The notes under the pieces were generated by a model. It was not told the origin of the DNA. It did not search any database and saw only the letters and a program-made list of their open reading frames with translations. Position numbers and translations under genes: made by a program. 64,000 nt of DNA from Macrostomum lignano (lineage: Eukaryota): the NCBI GenBank assembly GCA_002269645.1, contig NIVC01001974.1, positions 62,001-126,000 of the forward strand. The letters are read 5' to 3'. Position 1 is the stretch's first letter, and every line of letters starts with the position of its first letter. Shown here in pieces: positions 34,542-46,745 of the stretch.

Positions 34542-37500
34542 TTATTCGTCACATTCAGCATAGGCTGCAGACTCCTGTGTTTTCTCTGAAGCAGGAGCCG
34601 GGTTATTAGTCTTTGTTTCAGAGGCAGTCCCCTGTAAACTTTTAATTTTTGTTCTTATCTTCTCTGCTGGCGAATGCTCGAAAGATTTCCGGCCGTATAC
34701 GAACGAATCCAGTTGCGTCGGGAAGGTATCAATACGGAAGTTCCTCAGATATAACACGTAGTCATTTAAGTCTTCGTTGATGCGCCACTGTGTGTACCAG
34801 TGAGGTGGCTTAGTTCGCTGGCGCTTTGGTCTGAAGCCGATGAGGCGTTCAGCATCCGTTGAGTACATCCAAACGAAATTCTTCTGAGCACAAATTAGAC
34901 CTATGTAAAAAATGTAGAAAGTCAGTCGTTAGATTCAAGGTAGAAAACTCCGCTATTCGAGCCAGTGGCTGTGCGTGCACCCTGGCACACTCTAAGCGAC
35001 AAGCGACATAGGCGCACTCTATCTTGTCGCACAACCGGCAAGAGGCATTACTGCCATTCCACCGACTCGCCTGAGCAGGCACACAAGCACGCGGATACGT
35101 ACCCATTCATACGCACAGGCACACACTCACACAGGAGTGTACAGCGGCCCTACTTTATTTATAGTTCGGCATGTACACTTCACTGTGCCTTGGGGGTTGG
35201 TCCTCAAGCTGGTTGTTAATTTCACGAGCAGAGCCAAGCCGAGATTCCAATTTAGCCTTCAATTAATGTGCCTGCACTTGGAATCGAGCCCGGGCCGCTG
35301 GCACATTAGAGCGCCGCGTTAGACCACGAGGCTACGGCCCCTCCCAATCTATTTGCTCTAATTAAATCCCAATCCAAGAGCTTTCATTCACCAGGCTGAT
35401 TGACTGGCACGTCGGGCAGATCTAGCCACAGCCCGGCATCTCTCGTGGCCTTGTCCCGCTGGTTCAATTCGAACACAAGAGCCAGCGATTCGGTCAGCAC
35501 GGCTGGCAGGACGCGATTCTGCGTGTCAGACCTTGCGTCCGGCTCATCGCATCCCGGATAAGTCATCACGTCATGCAGCCAGATCTCTTTATTGGCGTCG
35601 AGCATCAGGTCCAGTCCAAACAGCTGCCAGCTGCCTGGCTTGTCGCCCACAATGCTGTCAATCTGGCTGGCCAAGTTGTTAACAATTCGATGCAAACGAC
35701 GCAAAAATCGATGCTCCGAATTTGTCGAATCCGAGGTCGACGACGAAGGCTGATTTGACGATGACGAAGTCGTTGGCCAGAGTGCGGAATCGAGCTCGCG
35801 ACTATTAGTGATAGACGGCAGGCCGAGAGATTCGCGCGCATCGTCGTATGGTCGGCAATAATCGGCCGAGCTGTTCGAGGCAGTCTTTTCCCGGCCATAT
35901 CTCGAATAGTCGGGGTCCCAGGTGAACGGCCACGTGAAGTGACAGCGCAGATCATTGCTTTTCTCTTCGTACTCGCGTTGAGCGATGCGAATGTAGCCAG
36001 GGTGAAGGAAGGCAACGACCCGTCGGTCAGTGAGGACGGACACGAGTAGGAACATTCTCAAATCGAAACGTCGGCCTTCTAACAACTGAGGATTTGTTAG
36101 GTGTCTGCAAGTGCAAGCGAAGTAGAATGACATATATAGCTGCAATCTTGATTCGAATAGTTTTACGCAGTAAAGATCATAGGACACAAGACACCAAGAC
36201 AACAAAAACCAAGACAATTACACAGCCGCTAAAGAGACTAAGACACTAGATACTACGTGTAGGACACTAGGACACTTAAGGCACAAGAACACAACACTTA
36301 ATAATACACTAGGACCAGGAACCGTAAGATGTTACTAAAACCAAAGTTGCTATGAGATTGCAAACTAAAGACAGAGAAGCTATACAAAAGGACACTTAGG
36401 ACAACTAGGACATTTAAGACCACTAGGACACTTAGGTCCACCAGGACACTTAGGAAAACTAGGACACTTAGGACCACTCGGACATTTAGGACAACTAGGA
36501 CACTTACGACCACTAGGGCATATAAGACAACTGTCAATAGGATATTTGGGACCACTAGGACACTTAGGACAACTATCAATACGACATTTAGGTCAACTAG
36601 GACACTTACAACCACTAGGGACACTTATGACCACTATAAATAGGATACTCGGAACTACTAGGGCACTTAGGACAACTATCAATAGGACACTTGGGACCAC
36701 TAGGACACATAGGACACCAAGACATTAGGATACTATTTCCATGTAGGTAGTTGAAGACACTAAGGACACTAGGCCTATAAGACACAAGACACCAAAGCAC
36801 AAAGACATTAGGTCACTAATGACACAGGGACAATTGAACACAAAGACGCATAATAGGACAATTGAGCAATAGGACACGCAGCCAGTTATCCAATAACCTT
36901 TGCAGCACAAAGAACTGTCCTCGCAGCCGCCTATGCAGGTCGTAGCGCACAAAAGTCTCCAGCTCCGCGGCCGAATCGATCAGCTGAACTCCGTTGCCGC
37001 CTTTAAGGGAGGCGGCTCGAATCAACCAGCGCTGCTTGTCGCCATAGGCACCCTCTGAAAAGTGAACGGATTGAACTCAATTGTTCTACCTTAGAGCTCA
37101 ATTGTCACTAGCTATCTTAGCTCTAGGTTTACTTACTGAGCATATTATCGCAAACATATTCAAATTTCTTCTTAGTAGCCAGTACAATCGTGTCCGGGAT
37201 GAACAAATTCTCCTGGAAGCAGGTGCACATCCGTTTGCCACGCTGCGGACAATCTGGTTCACTGCACACCTGACCAAAGTCGTGCTTCATGTAGATGTGG
37301 TGGCACATCTGAAATAGAATCGATATCTAGAGGTGTTAACGAGCATTAAAGAATTTCTTATTTAAGGAATTACGAGCTAGGTTCATTCAATGAATTTTGA
37401 GTTTTTTTAGGGGCAATTAGAACCTACATGTAAAGGCTTGTTGACACTGCCAAAAAATGAAATCAATTTTTTGGTATTCTCCTCATCTGGTTTTCCCTCG

Positions 37501-40500
37501 TGTGATTTGATAGCTCATTTAATGGTGCTAACAGTGAATGTTGAACTCTAATGAACTTTAAGGATCTGCATAAGGACTGGGACGTCGATTTTCGCTAAGG
37601 TCACAACTTAATCGAACCCAACGGTATGAAGTTTTGAGCTTGAGAAGTGAAATCTGAGCTTGTGAGAAAACAGTCATTTTGCTTTCTTAAAGCTTCCAAA
37701 ATTTTTTTTAAATATGGTAATATGATGATAATAAAAAGCCTGAAGATCTACCCCCAGCACCTTAATGCGTTTTTAACCGACTTTGTTTCGTCACTTGGAA
37801 ATGTAGGCTATGCTGGACTTTAGGAAATGCAAACTTTAGGACATGCTAAACTTTAGATTTATGCAAACCAAGGAGACCAGTACGTAAAACCAGCCATACT
37901 AAATTTTCCGAATCTCGGCTAGGATCCTTAGTGCAACACAATCCCCAATCGGGTAATGAATTTTTTTTATCAAGATTCGTCAATCGTACCGACTGCTTTT
38001 CAATGAACGCCACTTTGGGCGGCTTGTCACTCGGACCCCGGTGCTGTTCGCGAATTTTCTCCGGATCTCGGCACCAGTGCCCCGGGTAGCACTGGCCTTC
38101 GCTGGCCACGCAGCCGCTTAGTCGAGCCACCAGGCACTGCAGATCTGTCAGTACCCGGTCCAGGTTCACTTGGTTGATGAAAAACACCTGGCAAGGTGGA
38201 TTAAGTGCACCCGAATCTCGCTAGCGGGCCCTGGTTGACTGGATCGTACTATTCAGAGAAGCACATTCATTGAATTACCTGTTCTGGCGATACTGCATCC
38301 CTAGCTCCGCCAGTGCCTCCAATATCAGCCAGCATTCGCAGCGCCTGTTCACGGCTAAGCCACAGAAACATTCGCTCCTGATAAACTGGCAGCCTGCCCG
38401 CCTCCATCATGCCCATCCTCTGGCAGAATTCCACGACAAGCCGGTCTAACAGCGGGTGCACCGCGGCAAGATTTTGATCAGCGGCGTCTTCTTCGCCTTC
38501 GACGTTGCTGCCGCTGTCGCCTCGTCCGCGACGCCGCGATCGAGTGACAAGAAATCGCAACGACTTTGGTAGTACTCGAGGATTATTCAACCGATAGTCG
38601 TCTAGTATACCTCTGAGGGAGTTAGAGTTCGAGGGGATGCGTGTCGAGCGGCGGGCTTCTCTATTGTGCGATGAGGACCAACTGACAAGGCGGTGAGTAT
38701 GTACATGCTCAAGAATGAGAAATTCAGCTATAGACCTTAAACAACCTTTTTACGTATCTGTATTCATGTGCAAGCTCAATATTCAACGTAATGGACATGA
38801 CTGCTTGCCATGACGACATTCCAGACTAGTCAAATGCTTCACAGAGGTTTATCACCCTAGTCTCCAAAACTGACCTACATTTTGGCACACAAAAAGCTAG
38901 ATGTGAGTAAATTTGTTGTCAAAAAACGTTATTTCTTACTGCAGGCTGTACAGTTCGGACTCGGTGCTATACAATTTCTCAGCTTTCTTCATCGCCAGAG
39001 CGGCCCGAGTCAGCTTCCGTCTGCTGGACGCAGTGCCGGTTGCCGCGCCACCTTCGACAGCCGCATTTTCATCGGTTTGGTCATCTTCGGGAGCTTTTTC
39101 GCCCGGACCAGCTTCCGCTAAAATCAATGCCAATGGTATATTCAGTTGGTGGTTTAGCATAGAACTTGCCTGAGTTAGCGGCAGTGATCCAGACACTGTA
39201 CTGGAGGCAGTGGTATGCTTAAACGACAATCGAAATTGAAAGTAGTAAGCTTGAGGTATAAAACGATTTGAGGTAAATTTTTAGGGCTTCTTGAAGTTTA
39301 TATTGATAAAATACTTCCAATTTTCCGATTTTTCTAAAACTTGTGGTGGACACTTATGGGACACCGAAAATCTCAAAAATGCAAATAAAACAGCAGAAAG
39401 TTACCTGTACGGTTGGTGCAATCACAATTTACTCGATTTCCTATTCTCTTAATGAGGTTCGGTAAGCAAAAGTTTCTACAAATACATTTTTGAAAGTGTA
39501 TCCACTAGACTTTTCATATAGTAGCACATGTGCTAGAACCTCATTAGGCCAATTAAAGATTAATATTAATATCTGAAAAATAATATGCAATTGTCTTTTA
39601 TAGTTGATGATAATAGTTTTTCAATTTACTTATAATGCATAGACAGTGCCATGTCACTGTTCGCTTTTTTTAAAAACTGCCACGTCACGACCCGCCTGAT
39701 CTTTGCACTTGCGCATTTTAACTGCACCCAGCCAAAGCAACTTTGAAGCACTTTGCACCTCTCTTCTCAAGTCTCAACCAATAACTGTACAAGGCTACTT
39801 TACTAATTCTAGTGTATTAAGGCAATAACAGCACTTGATTTCGGTAAGCAAATTCGGTCTCCATGCCTCTATTGAAGTTTATGTTTATATAATCAATCCT
39901 CATGAAGAATCTCCCCACCCTAAAACCCCCATTCCCCATGCCCCGGTGGTTGGTTTTAAGCTATAACGCCCCCCTATTAGGATTGAAAAAAATCAACACA
40001 ATCTTCAATAGGTCTCCATGCCTCTATTGAAGTTTATGTTGATAAAATCAATCCTTATGAAGAATCTCCCCACCCTAAAACCCCCCATTCCCCATGCCCC
40101 AGTGGTTGGCTTTAAGCTACATATAATTGGGTTAAAGCTACCAAAAAATGGATCTCAAATTTGAAATCAGCACCATCAAAAACCCCTATAGAGACGGAAT
40201 TATGATCCTATCAAAATTGGAAGTATTTTATCAACATAAACTTCAAGAAGCCCAAATTGGCTATAACCCCTATAGAGACGGAATTATGATCCTATCAAAA
40301 TTGGAAGTATTTTATCAACATAAACTTCAAGAAGCCCAATTTTTAGGGCTTGATTCCCTTGTGGTTTAGGGCTCGATTCCCTTGTGGTTTAGGGCTCGAT
40401 TCCCTTGTGGTTTAGGGCTCGATTCCCTTGTGGTTTAGGGCTCGATTCCCTTGTGGTTTAGGGCTCGATTCCTTGTGGTTTAAGGCTCGATTCCCTTGTG

Positions 40501-43500
40501 GTTTAGGGCTCGATTCCCTGGTGGTTTAGGACTCGATTCCCTTGTGGTTTAGGGCTCGATTCCTTGTGGTTTAAGGCTCGATTCCCTTGTGGTTTAGGGC
40601 TCGATTCCTTGTGGTTTAAGGCTCGATTCCCTTGTGGTTTAGGGCTCGATTCCTTGTGGTTTAAGGCTCGATTCCCTTGTGGTTTAGGGCTCGATTCCCT
40701 GGTGGTTTAGGACTCGATTCCCTTGTGGTTTAGGGTCGATTCCCTTGTGGTTTAGGGCTCGATTCCCTTGTGGTTTAGGGCTCGATTCCCTTGTGGCTTA
40801 GGGTTCGATTCCCTTGTGGCTTAGGGTTCGATTCTCTGGTGGTTTAGGGCTCGATTCCCTGGTGTTTTAGGGCTCGATCCTCTGGTTCTCTAGTGGGATG
40901 GTTTAGGGCTCCCTTCTTAGGTTGTTTCGGGTGCATTCTTGCGAGATGTTTTAATTTAAGTTTCATTCATAGTATGCGTATAATGATTTAAGAAGGTACA
41001 CAGGTAACCGCGTCACCAAATTAAGGATTACACTGACCGTTGTGGGCCTCTTTCAGCGAACCAGAAATACGCAGCAGACCTCCAATTAGCGACTGTTTGA
41101 ACCTGTCAAGCAATCGATGCACTCGATGTCCGCTAATGTCGTTATTAATGTTAGCTAATTGTTGAGCACTGTCAGATGGGTCGGCCTCGGAGTTTGTGGC
41201 CTCAGCCGTGTAATCAGACACCGCCTTCAACAGTCTGGGCTCGAGAGATGGCATGCTGTTAACTTTCTTCAGGCTGTGATAGCGAACCTAAGTTCGTTCT
41301 ATCAAAGAAAATTAAACTAATTAACTTACTGGACCGTTGTATAAAGTGGCTTAAGTGAGTTATTGTCTCAAATAGGAGTTTAAACCGTATTTGGACCAAA
41401 TTTAGACCATAGACAGTCAAACTATTGAATTCGTTCATCAATAAACTAAACCGGGGCTAAGTATAGCAGCTGTAAACCCATCTGTCTTTCGTGCCAAGAT
41501 CCTTCGAAAGTAACTGCATGCTTATTTTTCTTGTAGGTTTTCATTCTTATTCAGAGGTACATCGGTGAGCTATTAATTCATGCATAGGGGCCTACCCTCA
41601 AGGCACACAGAGTGTACATCCCTAACAATTAGAAAGTCTTGGCCCACGCACACCTTGTTTGCGCGTGTGTATGGGTGTGTGCCTGCGTACCGTATTGGCT
41701 CGTTTGTACACTCGTAGGTGCTCAGGAGGCAGCGGAATGGGCAGAATTGCCTAAGCGCTGGGTTTGTACATGTACGTTGGATGATGTCGCCGAAGGCGTT
41801 GCATTGTGGTCACAGTGTGGTCACAGCCCTCCTGTAATTATTATTATTGTTCTTATCGGGACTACACTGCACTGGATACGATAGGACCAAATAGTAGTAG
41901 TTACTATCGCCTTTTATAGAGTTCCACCAGGGCTTAAAAATGAAGCCCCTTTTTGTAGTTGTCTAGCTTCGTACTTTTTTAGGTTCGCCCCGATGCAGAG
42001 CCACGAGTAGAATCGAAAAAAACAAGTCAATAACTAATTTAATTTACTAAAGTATTCTTAGAAATCTAGCTTATTCCACGTGTGGAACTTACTTCGTCTC
42101 ACTGCCCATGTGATAGGGATAGAATAGTATCTTACTTTTATACTTCACATATCCTGTCGCCTCAGTCATTAATAATTGGATGGGTACTACAAGATAGCTA
42201 GTTTTATCCACGACTGACGAACCTGATTAATTATATAGCTAGCTTATGATATTAACTCACTGGTGGACGTTGCCATGATTAAGGACTTTTTTAGTTACGA
42301 GGGATATCTGACTGGAAATTTGATGCCTACTAGCAAATTTTGTCCCACCGATAGCTGGAGGCAACTAGGAAAGGAGTAAAAGTTATCAAAGTTTTGTCGT
42401 TTACATAGTAAGAGCAGAAATTTCGGAATAATGTTGCATTATTTTTCAACATAAGTCCCCCTGGCGATCAATGCACTTCTGCCATCGGTCGCGCAGCGCC
42501 CGGATACCGCTGGTGAAGAAGTCGGCCGGTTGGTCCTCCAGCCACTGGTTGGCGATGGTGATGACCTCTTCGTTGGACTCGAAATGGTGCCACGAATTGG
42601 CCGCTTGAGCTGACGGAATAGATGGAAATCAGAGGATGCCTGCAGGTCTGTGAATAGGCCGGATGGGGGAGGATTTCAAACCCCGCAGTGGTGGCAGCAT
42701 TCACCGCAACCTGGGCGGTGTGAGCTGGGGCATTGTCGTGAAGCAGCAAGGGGCCAGCACTCAGCTTCCCCCGCATCTTCTGGACAACTGCCTGACGAAG
42801 CCGGCCAAGCTGTTCAGCGTACCGGACACCTGTGACAGTATATCCAACAGGCAGGTACCCGGCGAGCAGGATCCCCTGACAGTCCCAGAAGAAACAGCCA
42901 AAGATCTTTCCAGCTGACTTCGCTTGCTTAAACTTGCGGGGGGCCTTCCCAAGGGAGCCGCTACTCCATGGAATCTCGCTTAGACTCGGGGTCATAGTGG
43001 TAGATCCAGCATTTATCCCCAGTTAAGAGCATTTTAACTGAAGGGCCAGATAGAGAATCTAACAGAAGACTGCGGATCAGAGAGATGAGAGTGGAGGGGA
43101 GAGAAAAGAGAGTGGATAGAAGAGAGATGGGAGAGAAGGGCAGAGAGGTGAGAGATAGGAGAGAGGCGGGATGAGAGATGAGAGATGAGAGAGGAGAAGG
43201 CTGGAGATGAGAGGAGAGAGGAAAGAGGGAGAGGGGAGATTAGTAAAGAGAGGAGATTGGGAAAAAACTGAGAAGAGACAAACCTTGAGCGGGCCGCGTT
43301 GCTATTGTGTGTGAAGTTTCAAAGGACCGAGGGCCGGATCGAGAGGTTTTTCGGGCCGCATGTGGCCCCGTGGGCCAGAGTTTGCCGACCCCTGCCCTGC
43401 CAAAGAGCAAATGTAGCTGAGTCCTAGTAAACAAGAAAATTGTCTCTAACTATATGCTCGAAAATATTACTATAACTACGAGCGTACCATGCAATTTGTT

Positions 43501-45613
43501 CTTTTTTTGTCCTGTTTTTTGTCCAATGCCCGACCTAAGCTGCACAGGTGCAAGTGATTTACAGATTTTCTTAAATTATTTTTGCTCAACTACCAGCATT
43601 TAATAGAAGCGCTCACTACAGACTCTTTTTGCGTCCACCAGCTAGAAAAAAGACTTAAATGCGCTCGTACAACAATTAACGTTGATTGCTTTAATTATCC
43701 ATTTTTTCGCAAAACATTTTTGGTCAATCTTTTTTGAAGTCGCAGATGTTTTCGCGATGCAGCAATATGAAGGAATGAAGGAATAGACTCTTTCTAACTT
43801 TGTCCAGCGCTGCAGAGTTGGAAGCCATGCAGACTGCTGACCTCGCAAAAAATCATATCTACGTCATCCTGAGGCCGTCCGTCGTTCCCACTTTCCTCGG
43901 CACCTGGGATGGACGAAGCGCTTCAGTAACTGAAATCCACTGCTTTACTGATGGTCTTCCAAATCCATCTGGCTACGGCTACTGCATCGTGTCTGGAGGG
44001 AGAACAGTGGCGACCTTCTCCCAGCACACCGGCACCTGCTCACCGTCTTCCAGAACGAAGTTCTCGCCGTCAGCTCCTGCTGCCATGGACCTGTACAATC
44101 AGTGCGTCGGGGGGAAGGAGATTATCCTTCACTCGGACAGTCAAGCGGCGATCCACGTCCTTGAGCGCACCACCACCTGCTCGCGCACAGTCCTCGACTG
44201 CATCGGGCAGCTCAACCGCTTAGGCGCCTCTATCAAGGTGTCCCTAAGGTGGATCCCGGACATTCGGGCCACTCCGGCAACGAGCCTGGCCAAGGCTGGC
44301 TCGACCGGTTCTTCTAACTGGTCCCCTGCCCGTGGCCCCCACCCCCATCGCTGTTGTCACCACTCGGATCAACCAGTGGGTGGCTTCTAAGCACAGGGAG
44401 AGGTGGCTAACGCCACCGGACTGCCGGCAATCCCGCGCGGCTGTCCCCTGTCCTTCCTCCTCCGCCCTGCGCAGGGCCTGCTTGGACTCAACCGCAGGGA
44501 CATCAGGGCGGTGACCATGGCCCTCTCGGGTCATGGCTGTTTTGCCAGGCATCGTCACCTCCAGGGAAAAATCCTCAATGAGGAATGCCATTCTGCCTCT
44601 CCGGTGTCGAGAATGCGGAGCACTTTATCTGTGAATGCCCCGCCTTTACTCAGGAAGGCTCACCTACGGTACCTCGGCCCAAACCCGGACTTCTCCGACG
44701 TTTTCAGGCTCGGAATCTCTGCCAGCTCGTCCGCTACCTAACTGGGCTACCGTGCGAGCGACAATCCACCTCCTGGACTCTCCGGAGGGGGACCGCGCTG
44801 CGGACGCCGGCGCCACCGGAACTCCCTGCGCGACACCGCAGCACTAGCTGCCCGTGGTCGCCAGGGTTAGCGAAATGGGCGGCAACGCCTCCTCGCTGTT
44901 TCCGACGCACGGAGCCCCTGCAGCTAAGTCAAGTAAGTCAAGTCAACTCGATGACATACTTGATCCTCCGACCTGTAGCTGTTGGGGCGTTTTGGTGGTC
45001 TATGAATAGTATGCCGTACAGTGTGCATAGTCTGCTATGCCGTGTAGAATAGCTCGTACAAGGCAAACATACACTGTACGAGCGAGCGTACATAAGTGAA
45101 AGCATTGGCAGAATGCTAATATTGGATTTTCTCTCACTCCAGCTCTTCCTCAAACGAGTTCTTTGCTGGTGAGTCGCTACTACATCAGGATTGCTGCAAC
45201 AAAATCTTTCTTTTGCCAACAAATCGGCCTGTCAATTGCGACGCTAGAACCCCAAACGCAATAAATTTTAATTCAATGTCGACAAAATTATGGCTCGAGA
45301 TTCAATGTACTTTTGAAGTATAGCGTTTTTGGTGTTTACACAATTTAGTCTGAAATTGAACTGCTTGTTTCCGTCTCCCATGCGAGCTTATTACATGTAA
45401 TCTCAGTTACGACTTATTTTGAGTTGACCTGCATGTCACTCTTGATCTGCAGCCAGTTGTAGATTTAAACCAAATTCCCAGTGTACTACAGCTGCATAAC
45501 TGTTACGCTCGCTACACAACGGCTCAAAGTTCAAGTTCAAGGGAATGGGTAAAAAAACATTTTTTTACTTGTAGTTGATTCAGCGGGACTTCAGCAAAAG
45601 TTGGCGCAATCAT
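34542..45613 (-). CDS. Divergent tubulin-tyrosine-ligase-like (TTLL, ATP-grasp) gene; 11-exon model with one in-frame TAG
   Basis: Exons 45613-45569, 45228-44960, 41255-41038, 39117-38940, 38874-38746, 38612-38279, 38187-37990, 37308-37137, 37054-36898, 36104-35392, 34900-34542. All GT-AG and phase-compatible (2772 nt, 924 codons); TAG at 38828-38826. TTL motifs: [75 protein letters not shown]. The TTL-domain exons are firm; linkage of the first five exons is less certain. Confidence 0.75.
34960..35341 (-). mobile_element. tRNA-derived SINE (same family as 19691-20010) in the last TTLL intron
   Basis: Minus strand begins GGGGCCGTAGCCTCGTGGTCTAACG ... GGCTCGATTCCAAGTGCAG; shares the AAGGCACAGTGAAGTGTACATGCCGAAC body. 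Confidence 0.87.
36200..36830 (+). repeat. Degenerate 9/18-bp repeat (AGGACACTT / AGGACAACT)
   Basis: Recurrent aggacact(t/a) motif in a TTLL intron. Confidence 0.8.
39280..40345. repeat. Modular direct and inverted repeats, probable degenerate foldback MITE
   Basis: GGGCTTCTTGAAGTTTATATTGATAAAATACTTCCAATTTT (~39286) is inverted at ~40205-40255 and ~40290-40340. 39855-39965 is duplicated at 40010-40120; 84-bp tandem at 40182/40266. Confidence 0.55.
40345..40880 (+). repeat. 23-bp minisatellite TAGGGCTCGATTCCCTTGTGGTT
   Basis: About 23 tandem units, each with a Pol III B-box-like motif and TTAGGG. Confidence 0.95.
41575..41855 (+). mobile_element. SINE-related element lacking a recognisable tRNA head
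   Basis: Shares AAGGCACACAGAGTGTACA and GGAATGGGCAGAATTGCCT boxes with the other SINEs; (ATT)n tail. Confidence 0.65.
42439..42995 (-). pseudogene. Mariner (DD34D-type) transposase, 3' fragment
   Basis: [25 protein letters not shown](PDL) and terminal GDYVEK*; frameshifted; 5' part missing. Confidence 0.93.
43030..43394. mobile_element. CAGGGG-family hAT MITE, one end eroded
   Basis: Ends GAGTTTGCCGACCCCTG at 43394; interior is the reverse complement of 20528-20849 (GATAGAGAATCTA..GACTGCGG, GA-rich). Confidence 0.8.
43800..44946 (+). mobile_element. 3' fragment of an RNase H-bearing LINE (Loa/Lian/R1-like)
   Basis: [44 protein letters not shown]; multiple frameshifts; (AAGTC)n-like tail at 44925-44946. 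Confidence 0.85.
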
Positions 45614-45715
45614 TTAATTTGAGCAAGCAAAAGCCAGCCGGCGTCTTGTTTCCCCAACAGCTCTTTGAGCCAGCAGCGGCAGCTGGTGCTAGCTCAGCTG
45701 GGTCCATGAGAATCA

Positions 45716-46055
45716 CCCGCAGATGAATTGCCCGCCGAGTTGCCCGCGGAAAGATTTACGCCACAATGCTTTTTCCTGCAACGCATTTTGCCACGCGGCA
45801 GATTTTGTCTGCGTTGGCCCCCCCCCATTGCTTTGTAAGTCTTAATAAGAGAGATTCGCGGGCAAAGCGACATGGCATATGCATGAGTTAATAGCTCACA
45901 GATGTTCTACCCCTGTATGTATATAGAATGAAAACCTTACAAGAAAAAATATGCATTTGTATGTAGTTACCATCGAAACTTTTTGCTTGGGTGAATCTTC
46001 TTTATTAAGACTTATTAAGCATGAGGACAAATCTCGCGGGCAATTCGTCTGCGGG
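45716..46055. mobile_element. Putative MITE
   Basis: 20-bp TIR CCCGCAGA(T/C)GAATTGCCCGC; no TSD found. Confidence 0.5.
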
Positions 46056-46069
46056 CTCCCATTAACAGT

Positions 46070-46745
46070 CAAGAGGGGAATTCTAAGGTATTAACACTTA
46101 AGATGGAATTCTGAGGTATTAAACTTATAAAAATGGACTTCTGGTATACAACGTTATACAAGATGGACTTCTGAGGTATCAACACTTATAAAATGGACTT
46201 CTGAGGTATCAACACTTATAAAGATGGACTCTGAGGTATCAACCGACTTCTACCAGAGGAATCTGATATATCAACACTAAAGATGGGAATTCTGATATAT
46301 CAAACACTCAAGAGGGGAATTCTGATGTATCAACACTCAAAGAGGGGAATTCTGAGTATCAACACTCAAGAGGGAATTCTGATAGTATCAACACTCAAGA
46401 GGGGAATTCTGATGTATCAACACTCAAGAGGGAATTCTGAGGTATCAACACTCAAGAGGGAATTCTGAGGTATCAACACTCAAAGAGGGGAATTCTGAGG
46501 TATCAACACTCAAAGAGGGGAATTCTGAGGTATCAACACTCAAGAGAGGGAATTCTGGGTATCAACACTCAAGAGGGAATTCTGAGGTATCAACACTCAA
46601 GAGGGGAATTCTGAGGTATCAACACTCAAGAGGGAATTCTGAGTATCAACACTCAAGAGGGAATTCTGAGGTATCAACACTCGAAGAGGGAATTCTGAGG
46701 TATTAACACTCAAGAGGGGAATTCTGAGGTATCAACACTCAAGAA
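46070..46745 (+). repeat. ~28-30-bp minisatellite (TATCAACACTCAAGAGGGAATTCTGAGG)
   Basis: Tandem units, most containing GAATTC. Confidence 0.93.

Noticed and set aside
35384-35391. Stop at 35384 as the end of the TTLL gene (as in the ORF track)
   Set aside because: A G|GTGAAT donor at 35391 joins in phase to an open exon 34900-34542, which better explains that orphan ORF.
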